Shown piece by piece: positions 1 to 12,604 of a DNA stretch of 64,000 nt (its first letter is position 1; each line of letters opens with the position of its first letter). The DNA is from Psilocybe cubensis (Eukaryota). The DNA is taken from NCBI GenBank assembly GCA_017499595.2, contig CM039002.1:1178001-1242000 (forward strand), given 5' to 3'. Both the position numbers and the translations under genes were made by a program. The notes beneath the pieces were generated by a model, which was given only the letters and a program-made list of their open reading frames with translations, searched no databases and was not told the DNA's origin.

Positions 1-561
1 AACTTGTTTGGAAGATTTAGAAGTCTGCGGTGGGTTATTTACGTATCAATCTCAAATGCGAGATTATGTGTTCACAATTCGGATATTACAGGTAGCCCGG
101 AATCGCTTGTTTCGGATGCCCTTTACGCAATCGCATCCAATACTAAAGCCTTGAAAATTCTGAAGGTGGAAGCTCGTATTCGTGATGACCCCTTGACAGC
201 CATCTGCGCTGCTTTGGGAAATATAGCGGGCCGAAATCCTATCGAGACACTGACAGTGGAAATTATTGACTGTGATCATATTGTTTGTTGCAACAACGTT
301 GCGTTAGACGGAGGATATAAACTTCTTGAAAACGTTCTTCTTCAGCCTGGATGGAAGCATTTGCAATACTTCAAACTCCGTTTTACGATATGGCCACGGA
401 CCACGGACCGCCACGGCTCCTCAAATCTACCCCGATCAATGAAGCAAGAGCTTGCAAGCAGAATTAAAGGCCAGATCGAACCGAACTTTCAGAGATTAGC
501 CACGAAGAAATCATTTAAATTTGAATATAGAATTCGAGATTACCAGCGTTACCTATGGTGA
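1..561 (+). CDS. F-box-like/LRR-type protein, 3' part only (5' end lies outside the window)
   Basis: Exon ..29 (TCLEDLEVC), intron 30-91 (GTGGGT...TACAG), last exon 92-561. The C-terminus (DDPLTAICAALGNIAGRNPIETLTVEI...FQRLATKKSFKFEY) aligns with the 11237-12604 gene (DDTLSSVCTLLRSIKGRNPIQSLQLDI...FKKLSEKKPFKFDY) and shares its intron position (TACAG|GTAGCC). Confidence 0.75.
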   Translation, partial: NLFGRFRSLRWVIYVSISNARLCVHNSDITGSPESLVSDALYAIASNTKALKILKVEARIRDDPLTAICAALGNIAGRNPIETLTVEIIDCDHIVCCNNVALDGGYKLLENVLLQPGWKHLQYFKLRFTIWPRTTDRHGSSNLPRSMKQELASRIKGQIEPNFQRLATKKSFKFEYRIRDYQRYLW

Positions 562-1077
562 GGACACATTTAATGGCTCTGCCTAGTATATCTGAATTTA
601 CAGTAATCATCGTCTTTGCTACCTGCCGTCCAGATTGGATCTTTCGAAATACTTAGCTTAGTGTCCGGCAGGTTATGCAAGACCCAGGGGCGTTAGTAGA
701 ACATATGTCGCGGTGGTACCGGACGTACTCAAACCTGATATGAAAAAATGTATTATATCTCACAGTTTTTGAAAGAAATTTGCATGCTATCTTCAGCGCG
801 ACTAAAGGAATAACCGACCACTATAGTGATTGTCTTGAGGAGTGCCAAGTGGAATTTTCCACTTGGTGCACACAAACTACTGTAACACCTGGGTAAATAT
901 GCACAAACACAAATTGGCTCCAAACGGCAATATGCAATGTTCGAAAACGTTTGTTTCTGGTACCCTCCACTTGCTTTCGCAAGGTCTTGAAGTTCTCAAG
1001 CAGAATCTAACCACCTCCAAACACTTTACACTTTGTAGTTGATTTGCACTAGGCTTCCCAGCGCTTCAAAAAAGCAT

Positions 1078-2018
1078 ATGCCCCTCGAAATCCTTGAACT
1101 GATCATCGACAATGTGTACGCCCTGTACCCCCGGGACAGTGCTTAAATTTGCAACAGTCGCTTTACACATCTCAGAGCGTGTGCTCTTACCCACCGACGC
1201 TTTATCCATCGTTTTCTCCATCAATGCAGGGTGCACTTGTTCCGTGATATTGACTTTGAAAAAGCAGGCGAATGCATCAAGTTATCGATCCGAAGCTCCT
1301 GCGGAAATCGCCACACCTGTCCCAACACGTTCGATACATCTACTTTGAAATCCACGACTTCATGCTCTACGAAACTGAAGAAGCTGTTTCCTTAGCCTTG
1401 GCCTTGAAAACCGTGACGAGGCTCGAGTATTTGAAACTTGCCATGGAGGTGGATATAAAAGTGACTTTCTGTCCTTCAATGTGTGTATCTTTGTGTCGCC
1501 TTGTGCGCCTACCGACGCTGAACACTCTTGATCTGCTTGGATGCATCCTGCCGGACGGTCTCGTTGGGTGTACTATCAAGAAGCTATATATGGTGGATGT
1601 TCATGATGCTTCCTCAAGTTGCGCAGACCTTTTCAGTGGTCTTGAAGACTGCCGATTGACCGATTGTATGCAAGTAGAGCATCTGTTATTGGATTATAAC
1701 GATGTTAGATTCGCCGTTGACATGTTCAGAACAATTATATCCTGTGGTGGTGTTCCAACATTTGATTGGAAGATGATTAAAAAGATCACCATATCGGATG
1801 GGACGGGAGGCAATACCATAAAGCATGCCATGGCTGTGCACATTCTATGTCCTTTTGGTACGTTGACCATTCAAAAACTGCACACTTTTCCAAACCCGCA
1901 CTCTGATAAGCGCCGGTGCAACGTCCAAAGTTTTCACACCAGTGACGCGACGCACTTAACGAGGAAAAAACCTGCCGGATACAAGAAGTCAAGAACAGAC
2001 GCATATATTATAATTTAG
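1078..2018 (+). pseudogene. F-box-like pseudogene
   Basis: ATG at 1078 reads MPLEILELIIDNVY...LRACALTHRRF..QCRVHLF (F-box-like motif). There is an in-frame TAA at 1144-1146, a frame change near 1285-1295 into KSPHLSQHVRYIYF, and no recognisable C-terminal exon like that of the paralogues. Confidence 0.75.
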
Positions 2019-5000
2019 CATCCCGGAACGACCTCAATACTCCTCCGTCTCCGCGGTCAGCGATAAACCAATCAAGCGTAGGAAAATTGACGCCGAGGTA
2101 TGAGCGATAATGTTAATGATCCACAGCTTGGTTTTTATTAACACTTGACGTAGACTTGTTCTGCTCGAGCCTCGAGCCTCAATCACAGCCCGCCACAATT
2201 CATAATGCCGTGATGATGATGATGATGATTGGCGTCTCGCACGCATCCATCCAGTCCACAGTCAAGTGTCACTGAGCAGTCACCACAATTCCGAGTCAAA
2301 ATCAGGCCCTGAGGCCCTGAAAGATGACGTTGAAAGGTGTACTGTACAGATGAAACCTCAGGCCAAACTGAGCAGACAAATGCCCGGGATCAACGTCAAC
2401 CACCACTCCCATTCACCATTCAACATTCAACAAGATCATCAAACCTCCTCAAAATCAAAGCTCATCAAAAGAAAAATTAAAATTAAACAACTACGATCGG
2501 ATGTATAATTAACTCGAATGTATTATGTGCAGTGACATGATGTACATACATATGTACACATGTACGGCGATTAGACGCTCGCGGTCCCTGTCCGCCCGGC
2601 GCTCGGTGAAAATGAAATAGCGCCGGTGAGAGCAGTGTTGCGGGAGGGGGGGACTCATGCCAGCGCCGCGCCGCGCCGCGGACACCGAGTTGTAAATTGC
2701 GTTTCTTTCTGTTCACACTGACGCACACGGCGCACGCTCACCGGGCGCGCAATGAGCGATACTGGCGGTATCTTGAAACGCGAAAAACAAAGAAAGAAGG
2801 AGCCAACTGGTCGCGGACTCGCAGTGTAAGACTTCAAGCTTCAAGCTTCATACATTGGCGACGCACCCGTTCATAACAGTACTTTAAACATGGACCCACG
2901 CATAACCTATCCGATTCCGATACTCTGCATAATAGATACGAAGTTATTGCATACTACTTGGCGAGTTTAGCGTGCAACGAGCCTGACACAAAACCACAAA
3001 AACACAGAAACACAGAAACGGTTACACCGGTGGTCCAAGTGGGTCCGATGCGCAGCCTGACTAGTGACTCCCGACTTGGAGGCCCTGAGTCGTCATAGAA
3101 AATCAGTCAGCGCGCTAATTTTCGGATGTAGATAATATGCTGCTTGGTCACCGACTCACCGTTCACCGTTAACTTGCTTACTTTACTTACTTTACTCACT
3201 TACTTACTTGCTTGCTTTTACTCACTTGCTTGCTGACTTTTACTTTCTCACTTGCTTACTTTACTCACTCATTTCTTTACTCACCTACTCGAAAAAACAC
3301 GATACCAAACTTTTTAACCTTCAACCTTCAACCTTCAACTCCCAACTCCCAACTCGCTTCTCGCTTCTCACTCTTCGCGCTTTGCGGTATAACCGAAACT
3401 CGAGATGCATGTCTGGATCTGTACACGACCACGAGTCCACGACTGAGGAGGGTAGCCTGTCTTAGCCTGTCTTAGCCTATATTAGCCGCTGGAAAACCAA
3501 ACATGAAACATAAAACAAATTACAAGCTCAAAATTTGAATCGCGAATCACAAAACGCAAACGCAAAACGTACACACGCACCCCTCAAAAAAGAAAAAAAA
3601 TAAAAGGGGGCAAGAGGTAACCTGTAGGCGCTAAGCGCTAACATGAAGCATCTTGAAGCATCTTGCATGAGCGCCGCTAAAGCTGAAAACTGAAAAAGAA
3701 AAAAAGAAGAAAAAAAAAAAGAAAATGACACGAAATCTGAACACACAGCAATTAACTATGACATGACACGGCTTTTCCACCTTGAAATTGAATAAACCAA
3801 AGTATTCAATTTCCCAAATATCCAAATGTCATAATCTACGTTACACGTTACCAATGGATAGATCAAACTTTCTTTCTTACTTTCTTTCTTACTTGAAAGA
3901 ACCAAGGAACGAAGAAATGAATGAACGAAATGAATGATAACGACGTAGCTGATAGAGCATCCAGCGATTCTGATTCTGATTCTGATTTTCTGACTCATTC
4001 AATTACGATTATGATTCCAACTATGACTCTGCCAGTGATTCCGATTCCGCTTCTGTTTCTGATTATGGTGCAGATTAGAGTAGACCGGTATAGCGTAGCA
4101 TAGCATAGTACAGCATATAGTATACCTGAGCCAGAGCGCTGATAAAGTGAAAGTACTCGCCTTCTGAATCGTACATCATACATCGTATGCCTACTGCCAC
4201 GCGCTGACGGCGCTGAGAGAAGTTGAGTTGAGTTGAGTAGAGTAGAGTAGAGTGGGTGATGATCATCGCGTCGCGTGAATCAGAACGCAGGGTCAGGTCA
4301 GAGGAGTCTAAAGCAAGAAGCAAAAATCAAGAATCAAGAATCAAGCAAACGAAAGCAAGAAAGTCAGCGAAAGCAAAGGCAAAAGAAAAAGAAAAAGCAA
4401 TGAAAAAGAAAAAAGAGATATCAAGACGCTGCATTCCCTTTTCTTCTACTTTTACTCCTTCTTCTTCTGATGTTCTCCGCTCTTTGTTTCCGTTTTCCGT
4501 TCCTCGTTCTCCGTTCCTTGTGCCTTGTTCCTTTAATTGCTCTCTGAAGTTGACCTGCATTCAAAACTTCAACTTGACAATCCGTGTCCGAGGGAGCGAG
4601 TGCGAGTCCGTGTCCATGTGCGTGTTCATGTGCGTGTCCGAGTAGATATGTCGCAGGTTTAAATTAACCCTTCAAAAAATGACAATGCAAGTGATGGAAA
4701 TTTTGGATAGGATTGAAATTCAAATTCGGGATTCAAATTCGGATTCGGGATTCGTGGGTGTGTGTGAGGGTGAGGATGTGATAATCTCAATCCGCACTGC
4801 GATGTGGAATGTTTGGTCGGTACGAGGATGCGGGATACGTAGGTGAAGGTGAAGGTGCACGCTGTAAAAGAAAAGAAAAGAAAGATGTATGCGCATTACC
4901 TCCACCCCCGTCCCCATCCCAGTCCCAGTCCGCGGCTTGCCGCTTGTTGGGGGTACATGCCCCATGCGATTACTTATACGCATCCTATACAACAAACCTT

Positions 5001-6348
5001 GCAGTGAGAAAATTCCACAGAGACAGAAAGTGAGTGAGTCTGACTCTGATCTCCTACGAAATGATAAATCCGACGGCCGAGGTGGTGTGAAGACTATGCG
5101 AGGGAGACACGACGATGCCGTAAACTTTGTAACACCTAACGGCATGCACACCTCTTTTTTAGCGTTCACGGCGCACGACTTCTGGGCCATTTCCAAATTC
5201 CGTCAGGGTGCACAATGTACCATGTGGCGCGCACGTTCGGAGAATGGCGTTAGCCTGTTAGTGTTGAGCATGACGTTGGCCGATGACAGTGACGAATGAC
5301 AGCAGATCATAATGATATGATGCGCATTGCGCAATGTGTCTTTTGACTCTTTTTGATCAGTGATCATTATAGAGACTCTGACTCTGACTCCAGAGAGGGT
5401 CTTTTGGAAGGGTGACGGCACGGTAGTGTTGTGTTATGGAATAATAGAAGTGAGCAAGTTGTGCGTGTAAGTAATTGGAGCTATATTTAACGTGGAGGAG
5501 TGTCTAGTCCAGTGTCGACGACGACGTGGTTGTGGGAGGTGGATGGTGTGAGATGAGATGGATGTGAGAATGAGAATGAGAATAGGATTAGAGTTGAGCG
5601 CTGGGGGACCGTGTGTATGCGTGGGAGTCTTTGAAATTCGAAATGCGGGTTTTGCCAGTAGTATTGGAATTTTTGGGAAAAGCACAAACGCGCGAGCCCG
5701 AGGTGCGTTGTTGTTTGTATAGGTATTAGCTCGTCGCGCGGAGGCAGTAGATAGAATTAGAAAATTAGAAGCCCAGCAAGGCAACAGCTACAAAACGCGC
5801 ATATATCCGGGTTTCAAGATATAGCGTCGAATCGAATACTAGGTGGAGCAGGGTGAGAGGGGGTGAATATGCGGGAGCCGTGGATCGACGTAGCGGATAG
5901 GAAAATGATGATGGATTTCATCAAGCGTCAGCAGTTGTGGAGCGAGGAAAGGGTAAGGGCAAGAAGGGTGTGCACTGTGCACTGCGCAGCGGTACCGCAA
6001 GCGCAGAGGATATATGGAGGTGGTGGGGGTTAGGTCCTACTACTACTAGAGAATCCGCTGTTGAAGTAGCGCCTTGGCGGCTGACTGGGGTCATGAGGAT
6101 GATTCGGTCAGGAAGGAAGGAAAAGCTAGAAAGGAGGATCTGTTGATAAAAATAACAGACTTCAGGGGAAATGAATGTGGGGGTGATTTGATTTCTTGAT
6201 TTGAAATGGAAATGGATATCCGGGAAAGACTTCTCGCACTCCGGGGAACTCTCACATGTCTTGTCTCTGATCCCTATTAATGTCCTCCTCTCTCTCTCTT
6301 GTTTCCCCTCTTCCACTATCTACTACCATTCTACCTACCTACCTACCA

Positions 6349-8040
6349 ATGCCCACACCAAACATCCCGTGCGTCTGTCCTTCGCTCTACTAACCACATA
6401 ACATACTCATCTTCTCCAGAGAACGCGATGTCCGCTCTTCCAAGCCCCGCACCCTCATCCGCATGATTTCCACAAAGTTCACCCCGCGCACTGTCTCTGT
6501 ACCCGCACTGCGCTCACCACCCGCTGCCCCCCGCAGCGCATTCTCCAAGGAACAGCGCGACGCTGCCCTAAGAGAGCGCGGCCTCCTGCCCCCACTGCCC
6601 AATAGAGACCTCAGCACCCAGGAGCGAGAACAGGACCGTCACATCCCCATCGTCGAATTGGGACAGGAGGAGAGTCATGGTCATCAGCGCCAGGGCGAGG
6701 GCGAGGGCGAGCCGTCGGCGGCTGACCTAGTCAAAAAGGCATGGGAGGCGAAAAACAGCCAGCCCCGCCTACCAGCAGCAGCAGCACCACCACCACCACC
6801 AGCAGCAGCAGCAGAAGGAGCGGCTGACGTCAACGAAGCAGCGGCGGATCCGCGAACCAGCCTAGCAATAAAAGCAGGACAGCGCGAATCGGCAGAGTCG
6901 AAAAGGCTAAGCGACAGCGACATGCTCCGCCCTTCTTCTCTTCTTGCCGATCTCTCGGATGAGATCCAGGCGTTCATGTTCCCTCTCCCGCCTTCCTTAA
7001 ACACAAACACAAACACAAGCACAAGCACCGACAAGACAGATGCAGATGCGGATGTCTCAGTCCCGCCGCCGTCTACCCCTGCGCCAAGACTACGGCCGCC
7101 CGCCTCCAAAGCAGACCCAGACCCAGACCACGAGACCGATCCGTCCCTCCTCCGCGTGAACAACAGAGACTCATGCGGCGGCGCGCCGACCGAAGAGTCC
7201 CACTCCGACGCGTCCATAATGACGCCCTCCCTCGACAGCACCACCCAGACCCTCTCCTCCTTCTCCCACCGCAGCTCCTCGGGCGTGTCCTCCGCCTCGT
7301 CGTCTGTGAATAAAAAGGGATGTTTGCAGGTCAGGATGGCAGGTGAGGGGCAGTGTGACGAGGCGTTCTCGGGGGATGAGTTGGGTGTGGTGATTGAGGA
7401 GGATAGTGTCCCGCCCTCGCCGTCTCTGCTGTCCAAAGCACTCCCTGCTGCGAATATCAAGTTCAAGCTAGACCCTGCCATGGACAAGGACCGCGCAGAA
7501 AGGGAAACACACGCGGATCAAGATACCGCGCTTTTGTCTCCTGTCAAGGACTCGGCTGTGAAAGCGCCTCCGCAGTCGGTCGAGCGTAAGAAGAGCATGA
7601 ACCCGTTTAAGCGCGCGGCGACTATGTCTGGTGCGCATGGGAAGGACGAGAACGAGGATACGACTGCGACGCCGGCGGGGACACAGACGCCGACGCCGAC
7701 GCCGCGCAGGCGGATAACGATGGCTTCAACCTCCTTCGCAAGCCTCTCGAACCTCCGCCGGTCCGTCGTCGGCACGCTAACCAAAACGCCCGCCAGCGCA
7801 CCGATGAAGAGTCGGGGGAGCACTGTTGTTGATGGGTTGCCTGGTAGTCCTACTAGTCCTACTCCTACGACGGCGAGGGCGATGCAGATGAGCGCAGGGA
7901 AGGGGGAAGGGAAGCCGATCCCGCGCGTGCGTCAGCCGCAGCAGCTTGTGATGTATAATCGCGGGAGCATACTCCTTGAGACGGCGGGTATTGAGGATGA
8001 GGAGACGAGGAGGATGACGGAGCTTGCGTTTTTGGGGTAG
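6349..8040 (+). CDS. Hypothetical low-complexity (P/S/T/A-rich) protein
   Basis: Exon 6349-6368 (MPTPNIP), intron 6369-6419 (GTGCGT..CTAAC..CCAG), then in frame into the 525-aa ORF. Ordered-looking motifs EQRDAALRERGLLPP and C-terminal NRGSILLETAGIEDEETRRMTELAFLG. Confidence 0.75.
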
Positions 8041-9389
8041 TGTGTTTGAGTTGGTTTTGCTGCTCTGCTGCTGGTTGGTGCTGGTGCTGGTGTGTGATGG
8101 GAGAAGGAGGAAGAGGAGGGAGTTGATTGCGGCGCGGATAAGCAGGGGCAGGGGCAGAGTGTGGGCGCTGGTGATGGGATGGGAATTTGCTGCCTGATAG
8201 TGGATGATAGGTGGTGGTGATGGCGGCGGTTGCCTTGGGCGCTATCGCGAGTGTCCTATCGCTATCGTGGAAGGTCGTGGCTGTGGGCCCAACCCCACTT
8301 TGCGCTTATCTTATATGTGGTAAGCGCCGTGCGATTGGCTTGGCTTGGTGGTTTACCTTAGACCTTGAGGTGGACTATGCTTGCTTGGTACTTTGTGCGT
8401 TGACAATGCGCGTCATATCTTTTACTCTTGAGTCGTCTTTCCATCCACCCATCGTTCGCGTGCGCGGTTGTTCACTACGTCCTATCCTTCCATCTATCCC
8501 AACGTCAGCATCGCGTTTCTTTCCTTTCCTCTCAGCCTCTCCTTTTCTCTCCTCTCAGCCTCTCCTCTCCTCTCCTTGCAACACGACACGACACGACGCG
8601 ACGCGGCGTCGATGTCCTGATATATCCTAGCGCCCGCCCCTCTTCGCTTCCTCTTTGCCTCCTCCTATGATCTATCCCGTGCTGATCATTCATCTGCGAT
8701 CCCTGGACTGGACTGGGATCCGGTGCTCCACCTTCCATTCGACATACCACGTACGACATTCGACATTCTATCGCTCCAAGCTCATACATAGCTCAGCAGT
8801 TCAGCAGGCTCAGAAGCTCAGCAGGCTCAGCAGTATACAACAAACAGGTTACAGCCTTGTGCTTGTATGGGGTATGGGGTATGGGTTCATGCGGACTCAC
8901 GCTCCACTTCATTGGGTCACGGTCTTGTTCTGCGGTTCCGCGGTTCTGCTCTTTGTTTCCCTCTTTTTTGATTGTTGGCCATTGGGAACCGCTATTTGAA
9001 TTTTGGTTCGTAGGTATTACATGCACATTCACATTCACATCCACATCCACACACACATACATACATCCACATCGACACGCATACACGTACATACGGACAC
9101 GCGCCGACTGCGATACCTTCCATACCTCTCCGCTTGTTTCTATTTCTCTCTCGTGCGATACGGTCATGATCATGCGACACCTCCATCCTCCACTCTCCAT
9201 CCTCCATCCTCCATCATCCACCCCTTAAAAATGGTTTTCTGTCTTTTAGTTTTTTTTTAGTTTTTTGATACTTTTCTTTTTTTTTTCATTTTCGTCGTGA
9301 TTATTATTCGCTACTGGATACCTTCCTCCTCCTCCTTCATTCTCTCTTTCTCCTTCTGCATCCTCCTCTCTTCCTCATCTTCCTCATAC

Positions 9390-9481
9390 TCTTGCGATCC
9401 CTTTTGCGATTCCTACCTCATCCTCTTGCGATTCCTACCTCATCCTCTTGCGATTCCTCCTTCATCCTCTTGCGATTCCTC
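9390..9481 (+). repeat. ~22-bp minisatellite (CATCCTCTTGCGATTCCTACCT-like), about 4 copies
   Basis: Directly visible tandem copies of TTGCGATTCCT separated by ACCTCATCCTC-like spacers. Confidence 0.8.
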
Positions 9482-10965
9482 TACACCACACCACTCCATT
9501 TGCATTTTTGCATTTTTGCATAACATCTAGATACCCCTACCCCACATACACATACACATACGCATACGCATACGCATTTTGCATTTGAAAAATGTACACT
9601 TTACACTGTACACTTTATATCACCATGGACGACATCTTTAAGTTTTTTTTTTTTTGTTTTCGTTGGTGTGCTGTTTTTCTTTTTTGTTTTCTTTTTTTTT
9701 CGTTTTCTTTTTCTGTTTTCTTTGGTTTTTTCTGTTTTCTGTTCTCTTTGGTTTTTTGCTTCGTGGTGTTCTGTGTCTTTTGGGTTTGGTTTTTGGTTTT
9801 TGGTTTTGGTTTTGGTTTTGGTTTTGCTGCAAGTACTTGAATACCCGTATTATAAGTTATACGGCGTACGGAATACGTTCTTTTTTATGTCTTGTTATAC
9901 GTACATGCTACACGTACACATTCATTCGTTCATTCGTCCAGTCGTTCATTTATAAATACAAGTAGAAGTACATACCCACATTGCTATTGCTATACCTCTC
10001 CCTCATTTGTTCAGTCCACTCATTCATTCATTCATTCGTTCATTCATTCATTCGTTCGTTCATTCGTTCGTTCGTTCATTCGTTGAGTACGTATATAGCA
10101 TGTACATGCACTCTTCAATGAAAAGAAAAAAGAAAACAGAAAGAGAAAAAGAACAATTGCATGATGACTCGGAGTCGCGTGTAATCGATACCTGATACTT
10201 CAACTTTGAATTGCCAGTGCCAACTCAAACTCAGTTTGAAATTCAATGTTTGCTTTTCAGTCATCTGAGACTCGAGTCGGTTCGCTCTTTAATTTTAATT
10301 TTATGTGTGTACTGTACTGTGTACTGTGACTGTGACTGTGCCTAGTAGTGTATAGTGTATGGTGTAAAATACAATTAGCGCCCGGGTGGTTAGCTGGGAG
10401 CTGGGGGCCGGGGAGGCGGGCGGCGGGCGCTAATCAGTCCGACCCCTTTTTGAACTTTGATTTTGGATATTTGATTTGAGACCCTCCTCGCCCCTCCCCC
10501 ACCCCACCCCCCCCAACGGTTCTGAGATTTTGATCTGGGTAGTGGGTAGTTAGTAGGGGACGTCAGAGTGGAGAGTGGACGATTTAGCTATAGATGCCAT
10601 TCTGACATGATTCAGGTTAGGTCAGACCAGGATTCAATATTCAATATTCAATATTCATGCATCATAAGTCATGACTGATTCTGCCAGGATCAAAAATTTG
10701 CTTGAGTCCGAAGTGCGATTCACTTTGTGACCCCCCCTCCCCCTTTGATGAAATTCAATGATGAAAGAAGGGAGGACTCTCCTGATGAATTCAATGATTT
10801 CAACACATAGAGTGGAAGTATCCTTAAGAGGCTTTCAAATTGCTTCGAACATTGCAGATTCTGAGAGGAACAAATTTATTTGAGAATGAATTCATAGAGG
10901 AAGAACAAGGAAGAATCGTGCTTCTGAAGCGTTGAAGCGCCTTCTCGGAGGCCATTCCGCGATTC

Positions 10966-11034
10966 CGATTCTGAGGCGATTCAGCGACGCGATTTCAGGT
11001 CATCAAATCGCGTCGCTGAATCGCCTCTGAATCG
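10966..11034. repeat. 30-bp inverted repeat with 9-nt loop
   Basis: CGATTCTGAGGCGATTCAGCGACGCGATTT-caggtcatc-AAATCGCGTCGCTGAATCGCCTCTGAATCG. One mismatch; 23-bp perfect core 10973-10995/11005-11027. Confidence 0.9.
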
Positions 11035-11236
11035 TCCACTCTGACCTCCCCTAATTTGACTAGAATCTCATTGGTCATTGGAATCGAGTTGCTGAGTCGC
11101 CTCAGAATCATCCACTAGCTTCAACATAATAAGTAGAGGCACGTTGCTTTATCAGAGCACTGCTTTAATTTGCGGATTCAGGGTTGCTCTGGAGGGCGAG
11201 GGCCGCTGTTTAGCGGAGACAGCGAAGACCTATGGG

Positions 11237-12604
11237 CTAAATCTCACTATCCTCGTAATCTTGGAGGTCCTCTATTACATAGTCGAATTTGAACGGTTTC
11301 TTCTCGGACAATTTCTTGAAACATTGGTTTAAGCTGTCCTTGATTTTATCCTCGAGGTCCTGCTTAAACGATAGGGGCAATTGATCTTTGTGATTAAACC
11401 ATGAGGTCAAACCATCTTCAACTCCTTCAGGTATGATGATCTCGAGTGTCAGGTTCGTTATACTGTCCCAACTGGGTTGGAGGAAAATCTCTTCAATCTC
11501 TGATAGCTTTTTGTCCAGCGCGAACTTGAACTTGTGATTGGGGATGTAGTGGTATGAATCGAGGATGTCTAATTGCAACGATTGGATTGGATTCCTGCCT
11601 TTTATCGAGCGAAGGAGGGTGCAGACGCTGGATAACGTGTCGTCTCCCAAAAGATCAAATCCCAGTTGTAGAGTCTTCAGGTTTATATAGGCTAGAGAGT
11701 ATTTCTCGACAAGTTCCGCCGCACTAGATTCGTGGCTACCTGTATATCATATCAGTGAGAACGCGCGCGGGGCCAATGGATCGCAAAGAAAACGAGTTAA
11801 CTTTGACTCACAAGCGATGTGCAGCTTTTCCAGATTTGGCATCTGCATCATCACCTCCTCAGTCGCGTAGAAATCCGTTGGGTTTGTAATGCGGTAGACC
11901 GTGTAGTCCGTCACTTGTTCCAAATCTAGAACCGGATTTCCTTGTGCGTCGCGCGTGTTCAGCATGTCAAGCACAAATTGACTTCCACGGCCCTCGATTT
12001 GCAGCCGTTCTAGCTGAGCTGGTTTACAATCCTGAACTTCCAAAACTGCAGGTTTCCCAGGGCGTCTCAGCAAGACATCGGACAACTCGAGTTCTTTCAA
12101 GTTGGGGCATGGGAAGAGCTCGTAAGGGGCGATATTATAAATGTCTTCTAGGCGAAGATAGCGGATAGACGGGAAACGTATAAGATTGAGAAGAGGGGTC
12201 CGCAGTGCGCGAGGGACATCATGCCATGTTTTAGAGCCCGCCACAAGATTGATCGAGGTAAGTTTCGTGAGGCGTTGGAAGGCAGCTGGAATAAGAGGAT
12301 TCCCGGTATGCGACGGTTCGAACACGTAGTAGAGGAAGCGGACGTAGTGAGCTAGTTCTGGAAAATCGTGTATGAAATTGGCGAATAGATATACATCGAC
12401 ATCATGTATCAACACGAAAGAGTGAAAGATGTGTTTTCTGGCACGAGGTAAAAACGCTTGACAGGTTAGAGAACAGGCTTTTAGACTCTCTGCGTCTATG
12501 TGGGCTCTGCCGTCGGGATCGACATTGTAGTCGGCAAACTGATCAATGATGTGTTCTATGACTTCAAGAGGTAGACGATGCTGTATTGAGAGTCTGGAAG
12601 CCAT
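11237..12604 (-). CDS. F-box-like protein with LRR-like C-terminus
   Basis: N-terminal LPLEVIEHIIDQF...LKACSLTCQAFLPRARKHIF. Intron 11740-11811 (GTGAGT...ATACAG) joins the two ORFs in frame (HIAC|SHESSAAELVEKY). Confidence 0.85.

Larger units (their letters stand above)
2030..11110. repeat. Microsatellite/low-complexity-rich block around one gene
   Basis: Dozens of different short tandem motifs: (GAT)n ~2211, (CTTA)n ~3175-3260, (GATTCT)n ~3966, (GAGTT/GAGTA)n ~4220, (TTTTGG)n ~9785-9825, (CATT/CGTT)n ~10020-10082, plus poly-A/T tracts. Confidence 0.85.

Noticed and set aside
6684-7823. Long antisense ORFs (267 aa, 101 aa)
   Set aside because: Shadows of the GC-rich + strand gene.
9390-10090. 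CRISPR-like array
   Set aside because: The repeats are contiguous with no unique spacers, there are no cas genes, and the context is eukaryotic.
9297-10195. Phe/Leu/Val-rich or Lys-rich ORFs resembling membrane proteins
   Set aside because: Translations of T-rich microsatellites, open in several frames, with no coding signal.
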